DNA of 64,000 nucleotides from an uncultured Verrucomicrobiae bacterium (GCA_963837955.1 CAWIPH010000002.1:1728001-1792000); one strand, 5' to 3'. Numbered from the stretch's first letter, positions 41,065 through 51,009 are shown. Notes: generated from the sequence alone by a model not told the origin. Made by a program: numbers and translations.

Positions 41065-42378
41065 TTATTTCAGATAACCACCCTGTTTGACGGCCCGTTC
41101 AACCTCAGTCTGGCTGGCTTGGAGCGCTTGATCCACCGTCATCTTGCCCGTCAAAGCCGCAGCAATGTTCTGCCCAACCTGTAAGCCCATTGATTGAAAT
41201 TCTGGGATCCCCACGAATTGCACGCCAATGTAGGGTACTTTCTTGATGGCAGGGTTGGTCGGATCAGCCGTTTGCATCGCCTTTAGGGTTACCGCGGCAA
41301 AGGGTGCCGCCTTCTGGTAGTCGGCATTATCGTAGGTCGATTTGCGTGTGCCCGGTGGCACCGTAGCCCAACCTCCGTCCTCGGCCGCTAGCTTAATGTA
41401 TTCCTTCGAAGTGGCCCACAAGGCATACTTCAAAGCAGCATCCGAATTCTTCGATGATTTCGGGATCGCTAGGGCCCAAGACCAAAGCCAATGCGAGCCA
41501 TTAGGGGTGGCTTCAATCGGAGCAGAAGCAAAGGCTACCTTGTCAGAGACCTGCGATTGGTTCTTATCAAAAAGTGGACCGGCTCCCGAGGTAGCGTCAA
41601 TCCACATCGCCGCTTTGCCGCCAGCAAAGAGAGTCAGATTCTCGTTAAATCCATTGGAGCTGGCTCCGGGTGGGCCATCTTTCTTCATCAGATCAACGTA
41701 AAAGGTGATAGCCTTCTTCCACTCTGGAGTGTGAATCGTCGGCTTCCAGCTCATGTCAAACCAGGTCGCGCCAAAGGTGTTTAGCAGCGTGTCGACGTAG
41801 GCCATGTTCTCGCCCCAGCCCGGTTTGCCCCGGAGGGTGATTCCGTAGATACCAGCGGATTTATCTGTCAGCTGATCGGCAAACTTCTGAATGTCCGCGT
41901 AGGTCGGCTGCTCTGGCATGGTCAAGCCTTTGGCCTCAAAAAGATCCTTGCGGTACATCAACATCGAACTCTCGGCGTTGAAGGGTATGGCATAGAGCTT
42001 ACCTTCGTAGGAAAGTCCATCTCGGATGGACTTGAAAACGTCTTCAATGTCGTAGTCGGCCGGCACGTTCTCAATGGCCTTTAGCCAACCGCGTTTGGCA
42101 AAGATCGGCGCCTCGTATAGACCGAGATAGACCAAGTCAAACTGGCCGCTGCCTTGCGACACATCGGTAGTGACCTTTTGTCGCAGGACGTTTTCCTCCA
42201 GCACGACCCAGTTAAGTTTAATATCGGGATTCTGCTCTTCAAACTTACTCGAGAGCTTCTTCAATCGGATCATGTCCGGGTTATTCACGACGGCGATGGT
42301 GACCGTCTTCTGCTGAGCGAAGGCGCCGGATAGCGCGGTTAGCCCTGCGACGCAAAGAGCTAGGAACTGTTTATTCAT
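41065..42378 (-). CDS. Polyol (sorbitol/mannitol, SmoE/MtlE-like) ABC solute-binding protein
   Basis: IAVVNNPDM, WVVLEENVLRQKVTTD, RGKPGWGEN, PPGTRKSTY, GVQFVGIPEFQ. Confidence 0.88.
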   Translation of the reverse strand: MNKQFLALCVAGLTALSGAFAQQKTVTIAVVNNPDMIRLKKLSSKFEEQNPDIKLNWVVLEENVLRQKVTTDVSQGSGQFDLVYLGLYEAPIFAKRGWLKAIENVPADYDIEDVFKSIRDGLSYEGKLYAIPFNAESSMLMYRKDLFEAKGLTMPEQPTYADIQKFADQLTDKSAGIYGITLRGKPGWGENMAYVDTLLNTFGATWFDMSWKPTIHTPEWKKAITFYVDLMKKDGPPGASSNGFNENLTLFAGGKAAMWIDATSGAGPLFDKNQSQVSDKVAFASAPIEATPNGSHWLWSWALAIPKSSKNSDAALKYALWATSKEYIKLAAEDGGWATVPPGTRKSTYDNADYQKAAPFAAVTLKAMQTADPTNPAIKKVPYIGVQFVGIPEFQSMGLQVGQNIAAALTGKMTVDQALQASQTEVERAVKQGGYLK

Positions 42379-42451
42379 GATTTTGGGGGAATTAGGAAGG
42401 ATTTGAAAATAAGATACCCCTCAAACGAGCATTTGCCAGTAACGGGGGCAA

Positions 42452-43423
42452 ATGTCAACTTCGTTCGAGAAAATGCAGCCTTCGGCGGACAACGATAAAT
42501 TGGATCAAGCAGCTCGGGTTGCCTGGTTATATTACGTAGGAGGAAAGACTCAGCAAGAGATCGCGACCGCTCTGCACGTTTCCCGCCAAACAGCTCAGCG
42601 GTTATTGGCGACCGCGCTGGAGAAGCGGCTCGTCACTGTCAGCCTCGACCACAAAATCAGCGGCTGCGCTCGTTTGGAATACGAGCTTCGGAGTCGATAT
42701 GACCTGCGCCTGTGTGAGGTCGTGCCGTTTGATTCCGATGATGAGGTTGTTATTCAGCAAAAGATTGCCGTCGCCGGCTCGGTTATCATGGAGCGCTATC
42801 TTGCCTCCGAGGAGCCCATCGTTGTTGCGCTCGGAACCGGCCGAACACTGAAGGCAGTGATCAAGGCCCTGCCGCTTTTGCCCAGACCGCAACATCAGTT
42901 TGTTTCCCTGATCGGCACTTTTGCCATGGATGGTTCCAGCAACATTTACGACGTGGCGCTCAGTACCGCGGAAAAGACTGGGAGCCGTTATTATCTGCTT
43001 CCGGCGCCGCTCCTGGTCGCTTCGAAAGAAGAACGGATACGCTGGTGCGAAAATCGTCTGTATCGCACGGTCGCCGCTATCGCGGGCCGAGCGAACGTAA
43101 CCTTTATTGGTATCGGTCAGGTCGGGCCGAACTGCCCGTTGCAGCGAGATGGCTTCATGTCGCAGCGGGAGGTAAAGAGTTTGGTCAAAGCCGGCGCGGT
43201 CGGCGAAAGTTCGGGCTGGATGTGGGACCTGGACGGTGAGCTGATAGATCTTCCCGCTTATCACGAAAAGCTGACCAGCATCTCGCCGCAGCGAAACTCG
43301 AAGAACCCGGTTATTGCCTTTGCCGGTGGACGAGCGAAAGCCAAAGCGGTTCGGGCTGCATTGAAAGGTGGCTGGATCAACGGGCTCGTGACCGACGAAT
43401 CGTGTGCTGCTGCGCTTGTTTGA
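42452..43423 (+). CDS. SorC/DeoR sugar-binding transcriptional regulator (SmoC-like)
   Basis: AARVAWLYY...TQQEIA..L.VSRQ HTH; GTGRT, GGWINGLVTDE. Confidence 0.9.
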   Translation: MSTSFEKMQPSADNDKLDQAARVAWLYYVGGKTQQEIATALHVSRQTAQRLLATALEKRLVTVSLDHKISGCARLEYELRSRYDLRLCEVVPFDSDDEVVIQQKIAVAGSVIMERYLASEEPIVVALGTGRTLKAVIKALPLLPRPQHQFVSLIGTFAMDGSSNIYDVALSTAEKTGSRYYLLPAPLLVASKEERIRWCENRLYRTVAAIAGRANVTFIGIGQVGPNCPLQRDGFMSQREVKSLVKAGAVGESSGWMWDLDGELIDLPAYHEKLTSISPQRNSKNPVIAFAGGRAKAKAVRAALKGGWINGLVTDESCAAALV

Positions 43424-43438
43424 CCGGTACGTTGCGCT

Positions 43439-43918
43439 TCAACGCTGGGGTCCCGCTTCGCTAGTCAGTTGTTCCGTCAATCGATTCAAGAAAGGTAACT
43501 CTGAGGCAATTATCTTGTTCTGTGCTTCCGCGATCGTGAAAAATCCGGCTCGATCGATCTCCGGGAACTGTTGGCGGTGACCTGATTTCGGCGGCCATTC
43601 GATCTCGAACAGATTACTGTGAATGGACGAAGGGTCGCAAGTGCCCCGGAACGCCCAGGCATGAACCGTCTTGCCGGAGCGTTGACGCGCTTCACCGAGC
43701 GGGAGGTATGGACCTGCCGGCGGACAGCCCGTCTCTTCGGTAAACTCCCGGATAGCGGCGGCTAGATAGTCTTCTCCTGGTTCGACCTCTCCGCGCGGGA
43801 TTGTCCAGGCGCCACTATCTTTCCGTTGCCAGAAAGGGCCCCCGGGATGAACGAGGAGCACTTCCAGACCCTGGTCGGCGTCGCGGTACATCAGTAGGCC
43901 TGCGCTTATTTTGGGCAT
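43439..43918 (-). CDS. NUDIX hydrolase (COG4119-like)
   Basis: SAGLLMY, VHPGGPFW, Nudix box G.....E....AAIREFTEETG, FPEIDR. Confidence 0.9.
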   Translation of the reverse strand: MPKISAGLLMYRDADQGLEVLLVHPGGPFWQRKDSGAWTIPRGEVEPGEDYLAAAIREFTEETGCPPAGPYLPLGEARQRSGKTVHAWAFRGTCDPSSIHSNLFEIEWPPKSGHRQQFPEIDRAGFFTIAEAQNKIIASELPFLNRLTEQLTSEAGPQR

Positions 43919-44065
43919 GACGAAAGAGAGAATGGAGTCCGGAGCGAGGAGGGTAGGAGCGAAGGCGGAATCGGTTCTGTGACCGAATTCTATTAGGCCG
44001 AAAATAGGAATCTGGAGTTTGGAGACTCCTGTTTCCGAATTCGGTGTTCGCGGTTCCTCCTTTAG

Positions 44066-44524
44066 CTACTTCTTCTTGGCAGGCGTTGCCTTTTCCTTCT
44101 TCGGCGTCGTTGCGGCTTCTTTCTTCGTAATCGTCACCTTGTCCACACTGCCTGTCGAGGAAACCACCGCAGTGAAGTCGAAATCCTTCGACTCATTGTT
44201 GCTAAATGTTACGCCCGTGTTGCAGACGATTTCCACCTCGGTAGGTGAGATCCATTTTGCGGAGATGAAGGTTGGTAGGACAATCTTCCCGACCTTCGCT
44301 ACCGGCACGCCGTATGCCTTTGCGATGTGCGGCTTTAGCGAATCGATATCCTCATAGAAAAGCCGAATGATTTTGACACCTGAGCGTAACTGAATCACGT
44401 CGCGTCGCCCCGATTTATCGATCTGGAGCGCATTCGCGTTATCCGGCGAGGGTATCTGCTGTATTTCGACAGCGTAACTTAACGGTGCCAGACCAAGAAT
44501 GAGGAGAAGGAGGAACTTTTTCAT
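44066..44524 (-). CDS. Hypothetical secreted protein with Lys-rich tail
   Basis: MKKFLLLLILGLAPLSYA signal peptide; KKEAATTPKKEKATPAKKK tail. Confidence 0.65.
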   Translation of the reverse strand: MKKFLLLLILGLAPLSYAVEIQQIPSPDNANALQIDKSGRRDVIQLRSGVKIIRLFYEDIDSLKPHIAKAYGVPVAKVGKIVLPTFISAKWISPTEVEIVCNTGVTFSNNESKDFDFTAVVSSTGSVDKVTITKKEAATTPKKEKATPAKKK

Positions 44525-44626
44525 CGGTATTTTTGATTAGGCGCGTACGAGCTGCACTTAGTCAACCACAGTAGAGCGAGGCGTGAACGGAGTAATTCAC
44601 TTTTTGTTTTTGAAAGAAAAATCGGC

Positions 44627-44659
44627 TTGACGCTCAATTTAATGCGAATGATTCTCAGT
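44627..44659 (+). promoter_or_regulatory. Sigma-70-like promoter overlapped by a Fur-box-like palindrome
   Basis: TTGACG at 44627; AATGCGAATGATTCTCAGT at 44641-44659 matches AATGAGAATnATTCTCATT with 2 mismatches. Confidence 0.65.
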
Positions 44660-44666
44660 CTCATCA

Positions 44667-45578
44667 ATGGATCCTGCGAGCCTCAGAACCTTCTTTCTCC
44701 GTTCCCGCACCAAACTCGACTCCCGAATGGGCTGCATCGGGCTGTTGTTTCTGACGGTTGCTGGATCGTTTCCCACCAGGTCGTTTGCCGATGAGCAACT
44801 CTTTGGCTGGGTCCTCGGTGCCGAGACGCTTCCCTGCAATCACGCCGAAGCCTACGAGTTTTTGACATTCCGAACGGGAAAGGTCGAAGGCACTTACCTC
44901 GGATCCGATGCCGAAACAGAAGTGGAGTACGGATTCACGGACAGATTCCAAGCGAGTCTCTCTGTAGAGAATCACTACTTTTACAATCACGGCGTGGATG
45001 GACCCAGGGACGCGCTCAATGACACCAATGGCTACCGATTCGGCGGTCTTGCCATTTCTGGGAAATATCGCGTTCTGAGTCCTTTCAAGGATCCGGTTGG
45101 TTTCGCTCTCCGCTTAGAGGGCGGTTACCTGGCTCATGATGAAGTCGATGGTCTAAAACAAAATGAGATCTACGTTGCTCCGCAGTTCATCCTGCAAAAG
45201 GATTACTTCGATGACACCCTCATCTTTGACGTCAACACCGGTGCTGAACTCGCCTGGGGAAAAAGACCGGCTGAACAATATCCGTACGAACTGGCGTTGA
45301 CCGGGGGAGCCGGCGTCTCCTACCGATTTGCAGCGAATTGGTATTTTGGCTTGGAGAGCCATGTCCGCTCTGAGTATCCCCGGTTTGACCTGGGAAACCA
45401 TGAACACACCGTCATCTATGCCGGACCGAGCCTGCATTACGGCACGCAACGATGGTGGGTAACGCTGAGCTACGGGTACCAGATCTATGGCTCGGGAATA
45501 CATGAACCCGCTTCGGGCCAGACCTTCGCGGAAGAGGTAAGGAACCAGATCCGCCTGAAAGTCGGATTCAATTTCTAA
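44667..45578 (+). CDS. Outer-membrane beta-barrel protein (DUF6662-like)
   Basis: Signal peptide ending SFA-DE; FG...AETLP, E.EYG.TD; alternating beta-strands; C-terminal KVGFNF. Confidence 0.75.
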   Translation: MDPASLRTFFLRSRTKLDSRMGCIGLLFLTVAGSFPTRSFADEQLFGWVLGAETLPCNHAEAYEFLTFRTGKVEGTYLGSDAETEVEYGFTDRFQASLSVENHYFYNHGVDGPRDALNDTNGYRFGGLAISGKYRVLSPFKDPVGFALRLEGGYLAHDEVDGLKQNEIYVAPQFILQKDYFDDTLIFDVNTGAELAWGKRPAEQYPYELALTGGAGVSYRFAANWYFGLESHVRSEYPRFDLGNHEHTVIYAGPSLHYGTQRWWVTLSYGYQIYGSGIHEPASGQTFAEEVRNQIRLKVGFNF

Positions 45579-45637
45579 TAAGCGTTTCACCAGCGAGCGC
45601 GACCCGACTTGATCAGCCCTCGAATCGAAGAACAATT

Positions 45638-46162
45638 ATGAAAGAGTGGATTCCTTTTGTTATAGTGCCCGCCGCTCTCTCCGGTAGTGCCGTACCCGGA
45701 TTGGCCAACACTTATCTGACGGTCGAACAGGCTCAGCAGACCATTTTCCCTGCAGCCTCCTTTACTCGATTGAATATCTCACTCACTGCCGATCAGCAGA
45801 AGAATATCGAGTCCCAGTCGGGAGTCCGGGTACGATCCCGGGACCTCAGGGTCTGGAAGGTGAGCGGAGGTGGTTGGTTCATCGTCGATGAAGTGTTGGG
45901 TAAGCACGAATATATTACCTATGCGCTGGGCCTGAACGCAGGAGGAACCGTAAAGCAAATTGAAGTTCTGGATTACCGGGAAACATATGGGTACGAAGTC
46001 CGGGACGCGTCATGGCGCCAACAATTTGTCGGTAAGACAGATCAAGCTCCACTGAAGCTCGACCAAGACATTCGAAATATCAGCGGTGCGACGCTCTCCA
46101 GTCGACATATCACCGAAGGAGTGAAGCGCCTGTTGGCCACTTATGAAGTCGCACTGCGATGA
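45638..46162 (+). CDS. Periplasmic FMN-binding (flavinylated) domain protein
   Basis: Signal peptide; GKHEYITY, YRETYG.E, ISGATLSS flavinylation motif. Confidence 0.88.
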   Translation: MKEWIPFVIVPAALSGSAVPGLANTYLTVEQAQQTIFPAASFTRLNISLTADQQKNIESQSGVRVRSRDLRVWKVSGGGWFIVDEVLGKHEYITYALGLNAGGTVKQIEVLDYRETYGYEVRDASWRQQFVGKTDQAPLKLDQDIRNISGATLSSRHITEGVKRLLATYEVALR

Positions 46163-47054
46163 GTTAAGGAGAGCTCGACCGCTACTCGGCACGATCGTTG
46201 AAATCGTGATTCGTTCTGGCCGAAAGCCGCCTTCAGTCGACGCATTTGAGCAGGCGTTTGCGGCGATTTCCGATGTCCAACGGCGGATGAGTTTTCATGA
46301 TCCAGATAGCATGCTGTCACAGATCAACGCGCACGCCTTTGCGCGAGCGGTTCCGGTGGATGAAATGACCTTTAAGGTCCTCAGTTGGGCGAGCGAGTTA
46401 CACCTGCTTTCAAATGGACTTTTCGATCCGACCATCGCCCCGGACCTGCAACGCGCCGGATTCTTGCCGCGGAATAATTGGGTCCCGAGATCGGTCGAGA
46501 GCGAAATTTCATTTTCCGATATTGAATTGCTCAATGGGAATTGCGTCCGTTTCCGGCGGCCTGGTGTGCGCCTGGACCTTGGCGGCGTGGCCAAAGGATT
46601 TGCCGTGGATGAGGCCGTCATGGCGTTACGCGCGGCCGGTATTGAGAGCGCATTAGTGAATGCCGGCGGCGATCTGCGCGCCTTTGGCTCCCACTCCTTC
46701 AGCATCGAAATTCGCAACCCGCTCGATCCTGGAAGGACACTCGCTCCGCTCCTATTATCCGATCGTGCGGTTGCGACTTCCGCTCATTATTTCGCGGACC
46801 GAGTGAGGCCGGGCGCTCGCATGGGGCCGTTCGTGAATCCGCGTCTCCGGACCTTTCATGGTGCTCCATTGTCAGTGACGGTGGCCGCGTCGAGTGCGAT
46901 GGTGGCAGACGCGCTCACTAAGGTTGTGATGCTCGAGCCAGCAAATTCGCCAGTGTTGCTGCAGCGCTTTGCAGCATCAGCACTTATCGTCGATCCGAGC
47001 GGATCGATCTTTTGCACCCCGTATTGGCATGAAACGATCAAAGCTGCGGCTTAA
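46143..47054 (+). CDS. apbE: FAD:protein FMN transferase
   Basis: LGT, MSFH...S.LS.IN, FDPTI, LDLGGVAKGFAVD, VNAGGD, ATS, ADALTK. Confidence 0.92.
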   Translation: MKSHCDELRRARPLLGTIVEIVIRSGRKPPSVDAFEQAFAAISDVQRRMSFHDPDSMLSQINAHAFARAVPVDEMTFKVLSWASELHLLSNGLFDPTIAPDLQRAGFLPRNNWVPRSVESEISFSDIELLNGNCVRFRRPGVRLDLGGVAKGFAVDEAVMALRAAGIESALVNAGGDLRAFGSHSFSIEIRNPLDPGRTLAPLLLSDRAVATSAHYFADRVRPGARMGPFVNPRLRTFHGAPLSVTVAASSAMVADALTKVVMLEPANSPVLLQRFAASALIVDPSGSIFCTPYWHETIKAAA

Positions 47055-47499
47055 TCCCCTGACCGAGCTGTTCGTCTATCTGATATTCGGTCTGTTGCTG
47101 ATTACCGGTGTTGTATGGATGTTCGCGCAAGCGAGACTAGAGGAAGGTAACCAGGTCTCGAGTCTAATGCTTAAGCTGCACGGGGCCGGGGCGATGGCCG
47201 CCCTGATTCTACTCGGAGCCTTGATTAACCATGTGCGTAAAGGCTGGAAAGCTCGGAAGAACCGGGCTTCGGGGCTGACACTACTGCTTGTAGTCGGCTT
47301 CCTCGTTGTAACTGGTTACGGTCTTTACTATTCCGGCGATGAGCAACTGAGAACCCTGATTAGCCAATGGCATGCTTGGATCGGGTTGGGCCTTTTTCTT
47401 CTAGTGCCGGCGCATGTCTTGATCGGACGCGCACTTCGACGAAAACGTGGCCGGCTTGCGGAACGATCCATTATGCAAGAAGGGAGAGTAACGGAGTGA
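47029..47499 (+). CDS. 4-TM membrane protein with four His, probable b-type cytochrome (DUF4405-like)
   Basis: LITG, LKLHG, INHV, VTG..LYY, QWHAW, PAHV; start ATG 47029. Confidence 0.7.
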   Translation: MKRSKLRLNPLTELFVYLIFGLLLITGVVWMFAQARLEEGNQVSSLMLKLHGAGAMAALILLGALINHVRKGWKARKNRASGLTLLLVVGFLVVTGYGLYYSGDEQLRTLISQWHAWIGLGLFLLVPAHVLIGRALRRKRGRLAERSIMQEGRVTE

Positions 47500-47524
47500 T
47501 GGTGGCGGCAACTGTTGCGGACCG

Positions 47525-47640
47525 CGGCTGGTCCGACGACCGTGTCCGACGAAGCTCTCCGCTACATCGGCGACGTCCCAAGATCAGCGAAGTCGGAAGC
47601 CTGCCGGAGTTTCAAACGACAGAGCGGAGTTGGAGAACGC
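47525..47640. repeat. REP-like repeat (family C)
   Basis: Conserved ends shared with 32566-32681, different central loop. Confidence 0.8.
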
Positions 47641-47660
47641 CAAACGCCAAACGCGCAACC

Positions 47661-48689
47661 TCACGCCGAGCATCTCAACACGGTGAGCGCTGCATGAGCC
47701 GCAGCAGTCCGATTTTCGACCATCAGTTTGGCAAAGACTCTCTCCAAGTGTTTTGCAACCGTCCGAACCTTGGAGGCAAGAATGATCGCGATTTCGGCGT
47801 TGCTCTTTCCTTGGCTCACCCAGAGCAATACCTCGGCTTCTCTATTGGTTAGGCCCAGTCTTTGGAGAGGGAGGGCATCAAGCCGCTGAACGCTTTCGCG
47901 CAACAGCAAGCGATATTCCGGAGCGTTAGGTTTAGATATGGTCTGTATCAGCAGTGTTTTCTCACCAAAATCAATGGTGAGATCCGGCAAGGGCAAACTA
48001 ACAGCGGCGTGCGACCTCGCTTTCTCGCTGAGCCAAGTTATTACGCGGTTGGGCAGGACAAATTGCGAATCCGGATAAAAGTACTCTTTCAACAGCTTTC
48101 GCGCTTTGGTCGTAGCATATCGAATTCTCCCAGCCTGATCCGCCACAAGAAAACCAACGTGCGCAATTCCAACAGCCTCAGATAGATAGGAATTTAGCTT
48201 GCTCGCGTTGTAAGCCTGCGCCAAATGCGGCCGAAGCATTAATAGCATTCGGTGCTCTTCCTCCGAAAAACAATGAGCGGAGCGGCTCAGGGTTACGTTA
48301 AGTTGGGAACGTCCTTCCGAAGCGGTGAAGTCGAGATGATGTTTTTGGCAAAGCAAACCCAGCAAATCGTTGTGCAGTTCGGTTCGACAGCCGTGTGCCT
48401 GCGCGGAAAAGTGTAGGATCCGGAGGGAGCCGTTGTGTTTGTAGATGCCACCCACGTTGCGGCGTTGATTCAGCCATCTACCCAAGACTTCTACGTTAAC
48501 ATTTAAGGCCGGAGCTATTTCAATCCGCTCGGCGTCGTTTTCGGTAAGTTCGTCGTACGAATAGAAATCGCACAAGAAGCAGAGCCGGAGAGATGCAAAG
48601 AGGCGGTTAGGAAAATCGCCATGTGTTCCGGGTCTGTGTAGTTCTACTATCGCCTGCGAGAGCGTGCGCAGAGTGGAATCTGACAGCAT
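47661..48689 (-). CDS. LuxR-type HTH transcriptional regulator with GAF/PAS-like N-terminus
   Basis: LRPHLAQAY; LTNREAEVLLWVSQGKSNAEIA.IL....RTV.KHLERVF.KL.VENRTAA. Confidence 0.85.
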   Translation of the reverse strand: MLSDSTLRTLSQAIVELHRPGTHGDFPNRLFASLRLCFLCDFYSYDELTENDAERIEIAPALNVNVEVLGRWLNQRRNVGGIYKHNGSLRILHFSAQAHGCRTELHNDLLGLLCQKHHLDFTASEGRSQLNVTLSRSAHCFSEEEHRMLLMLRPHLAQAYNASKLNSYLSEAVGIAHVGFLVADQAGRIRYATTKARKLLKEYFYPDSQFVLPNRVITWLSEKARSHAAVSLPLPDLTIDFGEKTLLIQTISKPNAPEYRLLLRESVQRLDALPLQRLGLTNREAEVLLWVSQGKSNAEIAIILASKVRTVAKHLERVFAKLMVENRTAAAHAALTVLRCSA

Positions 48690-48853
48690 AACTGTGTGTT
48701 CTTTTTGGGCATTCGCTTCACTAAGAACTCCGTTATGGGTATGGTTTTCGATCCGTGATAACCTGGTGCACTATATCAAATATGGCGCACTAGTAAGAAG
48801 CAAGACCGTTCCGGACTTGCGATTTAATTGCTTCTCGCTCGAAGATTTTCGCT

Positions 48854-49028
48854 GGGAGGGCGCACAGCCTGTCCGACATAGCTTTGGTTCATCGCGCTCA
48901 ACGACCGCGCGTTTCTGCGACGTCGGATCCTCGCGATCCGCGGCGCACGAGGATCCGACGTCGCTAAGGGCTCGGGTATTCTGTGCAGGCATCCGAAAGG
49001 CTATGTCGGACAGGCTGTGCGCCCTCCC
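48854..49028. repeat. Long nested inverted repeat (REPIN-like)
   Basis: 29-bp arms GGGAGGGCGCACAGCCTGTCCGACATAGC/complement plus inner 17-bp stem GCGACGTCGGATCCTCG/complement. Confidence 0.85.
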
Positions 49029-49200
49029 GGGGCCAAGAACCGCACCTCCCTTATGTTGACGCATGCGCTGCCTCGGGATTGCTGCCAAAGATAGGCGTGT
49101 GTCCGGAAGCCGGGAGGTCATGCTTCAAAAAGAGCATTCGCTTGACGACGTCGAGGACGACGAGCACGAAGACGATCAAGGTGCGATGATTACACCAGAC

Positions 49201-50682
49201 TCAATCGATATAAGCTTCTTCGCCATGTTCTGCAATGTCGAGGCCCGCGGTCTCAATATCGGGATCCACTCGAAGGCCGAGAACCACATTGAGGACGAGG
49301 CCGATAATTGCAGTGGCAATAACCGAAAGCAGTAGGGTGACGATGACCGCACCGACTTGTGAGAGAAAGAGCGTGCTCAAAAGTTTATCGGTGAGATTGC
49401 TATTCGCCTTGCTGGTGGCGAGCAGTCCCGTGAGCAACGCACCCAGAGTTCCCCCGATAGCGTGCACACCAAAGGTGTCTAGTGCGTCATCATAGTTGAG
49501 CGCCGGCTTTACGATCGAGACGACGATGTACGGAACGATAGCTGCAAGGACACCAATGATCACCGCTCCGCTAGATGATACATATCCGCAGGCGGGAGTG
49601 ATCACGACCAGCCCGGCGACCGCACCTGTGCAATAACCGAGCACACTCGCTTTGCCGCGGAAGATTTTTTCTATCAATGCCCAAGTGAACGCGGCGATCG
49701 CGGTAGCCAAAGTGGTGGTGGTGAACGCGTTCGCCGCAATACTATCAGCGGCCACAGCGCTGCCGGCGTTGAACCCGTACCATCCCACCCACAGCATCGC
49801 GGTTCCCACCATGCAAAGCACCAGACTATGAGGCGGAAGCGGTTCCTTCTTGTAGCCGATGCGCGGTCCCACAATCAGACACAATACCAGCGAGCTCCAG
49901 CCCGAAGTCATGTGCACAACAGTTCCGCCCGCAAAATCGATTGCCTTAATGGTAGAATTCGGGTTCCAAAGGCCGTTCATGAACCCGCTGATGCCCCAAA
50001 CCATGTGCGCAATCGGGAAGTAGACCAGGAACATCCAACAAACCATGAAGACCATCAGCGTGGTGTATTTCGTCCGTTCAGCGATGGCACCGATGATCAA
50101 CGCGGGCGTAATCACCGCAAACATCATCTGATACATTGCGTAGACGTTTTGTGACACCCAATAGGCGTAGTCAGTGTTCGGAACAGACGTGACGTTATTG
50201 AGAAAAAAGAATTCCGATCCGCCGAAGAACGGATTGTTAAAGTTCTTGCCGAATACCAGGCTGTACCCGAACGCCCACCAAAGAATCGCGACCAGTCCGG
50301 TAATTCCGAAACACTGGGCGAGCACTGATAAGACGTTTTTCCTGCGCACCAATCCTCCGTAGAACAGCGAGAGGCCAGGTAAGGTCATGAAAAGCACCAG
50401 GGCGGCCGCAGTCATCATCCAGGCGTTGTGCCCCGGCCCGGAAACGTTCAGAGAGGGAGTCGTGAGGTTGTCCGGAACTTTTCCCTCCTTATCCTTCAGC
50501 GCAGTCGAAGGATCGGCATTATTGAGATAAGCTTCCAAACCGGCCACGCGTTGTTCCAGCGTGGGGCTCGGAGCGGGCGAGGTCTGCGGGCTTACGGTCG
50601 GCTGCTGGGCGGCAGCAATGCGTCCCACCAAAAGCGAGAGAAGAACAATGATACGGATTATCGGGGTGTGGAGGGGTCTCAT
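49201..50682 (-). CDS. amtB: Ammonium transporter
   Basis: LFMTLPGL.LFYGG, FAVITPAL, DFAGGTVVH, WYGFNAGS, DDALDTFGVH, GLD..EHGE.AY. Confidence 0.96.
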   Translation of the reverse strand: MRPLHTPIIRIIVLLSLLVGRIAAAQQPTVSPQTSPAPSPTLEQRVAGLEAYLNNADPSTALKDKEGKVPDNLTTPSLNVSGPGHNAWMMTAAALVLFMTLPGLSLFYGGLVRRKNVLSVLAQCFGITGLVAILWWAFGYSLVFGKNFNNPFFGGSEFFFLNNVTSVPNTDYAYWVSQNVYAMYQMMFAVITPALIIGAIAERTKYTTLMVFMVCWMFLVYFPIAHMVWGISGFMNGLWNPNSTIKAIDFAGGTVVHMTSGWSSLVLCLIVGPRIGYKKEPLPPHSLVLCMVGTAMLWVGWYGFNAGSAVAADSIAANAFTTTTLATAIAAFTWALIEKIFRGKASVLGYCTGAVAGLVVITPACGYVSSSGAVIIGVLAAIVPYIVVSIVKPALNYDDALDTFGVHAIGGTLGALLTGLLATSKANSNLTDKLLSTLFLSQVGAVIVTLLLSVIATAIIGLVLNVVLGLRVDPDIETAGLDIAEHGEEAYID

Positions 50683-51009
50683 CGAGCGTTCAGTTCAGAG
50701 TTTAAAAAGCCTTTGTAACGCGATTGATTTTGGGCGGACCGAGTGAGCGGGCCAAGGCTTTTCATTAGGGGGTGGTCAGCATCCTTCTAGGCCGAACCGA
50801 ACAGAAGTTCAAATGCCTTGATAGCGCAGTCTTATTTACTCGGGTTTGTTGGGCTAGTGGGACGAAAGGTCAAAAAAGCCGGAGGGCGGGGTGGGAAAGC
50901 TGAAGCCAGAAGCCGGAGTAGGAGAGCCGCGAAAGAGCGATTGGCCTTTGCGGTGTTAGTTGGCTCGGCCCAACAACGCGACGGCAATCTGCGATCCTGA
51001 CACGTTGCG

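Noticed and set aside
50683..51000. Sigma-54 promoter upstream of amtB
   Set aside because: The candidate GG/GC pairs I checked had the wrong spacing.
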